64,000 nt of DNA from Acidobacteriota bacterium (GTDB taxonomy: Bacteria > Acidobacteriota > UBA6911 > RPQK01 > JAJDTT01): positions 864,001 through 928,000 of the forward strand of contig CBDCJH010000002.1 of NCBI GenBank assembly GCA_965217775.1. The letters are read 5' to 3'. The position numbers and the translations under genes were made by a program. Numbering within the stretch: position 1 is the stretch's first letter; the number at the start of each line of letters is the position of its first letter. Below the pieces are notes generated by a model. The model was given only the letters and a program-made list of their open reading frames with translations, ran no database searches and was not told where the DNA came from. This document shows positions 63,683-64,000 of the stretch, one piece after another.

Positions 63683-63998
63683 GGGAGGCGTCGTCCAAAA
63701 TGGAAAGAGCCGTACGGACCACGGGCACGGCGATTCCGAAGGTCGAGGCGATCTGCCGCTGAAGCTCTTCCGGGTCCAACTCCTTCCGGACCACTTCGGT
63801 GTGGGTCCGGATCTGGAACCGCCGGCCGTTGAGATAGATCTGTTTCCCCGCCCGAACCCGGGTCAGCAGGGGGTGGGTCATCATCTTCCAGGAAAAGGAT
63901 TCGTCCCAGGCCTTCAGGAACTGTCCCGGATCGGCGGACGAGGTCTTGAACGTCAGCCGATGACTCCGTCCGCCCTGTTGCCGCGTGTAGAGACGCAT
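63669..63998 (-). CDS. C-terminus of a probable arylamine N-acetyltransferase-like protein (runs off window)
   Basis: Open frame to the window edge, overlapping the DUF4416 start; family call tentative. Confidence 0.45.
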   Translation of the reverse strand: MRLYTRQQGGRSHRLTFKTSSADPGQFLKAWDESFSWKMMTHPLLTRVRAGKQIYLNGRRFQIRTHTEVVRKELDPEELQRQIASTFGIAVPVVRTALSILDDASRGSS

Positions 63999-64000
63999 TC

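Overview
High-GC bacterial window. The gene repertoire (planctomycete-type cytochrome c/DUF1553 plus DUF1501 pair, plant-like LRR and Sel1 proteins) suggests a host-associated Acidobacteriota-like genome; this is inference. It opens with a MacAB/FtsX-type ABC operon. A defence block follows on the minus strand: a CBS-HEPN gene, a complete type I-E cas operon, a leader with an IHF site, a 20-repeat array truncated by a transposase remnant, and a DUF1998 helicase. The middle holds catabolic genes and feoAB. An accessory region (about 34-48 kb) contains a group II intron remnant, a tRNA-fragment att site, a 1.4k-aa LRR-metalloprotease, a DciA-like gene, a Sel1-TonB fusion, a DUF4338-fused ISAs1 and a deleted tyrosine recombinase. 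The right end is a REP hot spot hit by an IS4 and an IS110. The IS110 bridge RNA guides, CC core, REP target and junction promoter can all be read from the sequence. A two-gene cassette lies between diverged duplicates of a DUF4416 3' end. The best leads are the cas3-adjacent CBS-HEPN RNase and the REP-targeting bridge RNA. All family calls come from motif recognition, not database searches.
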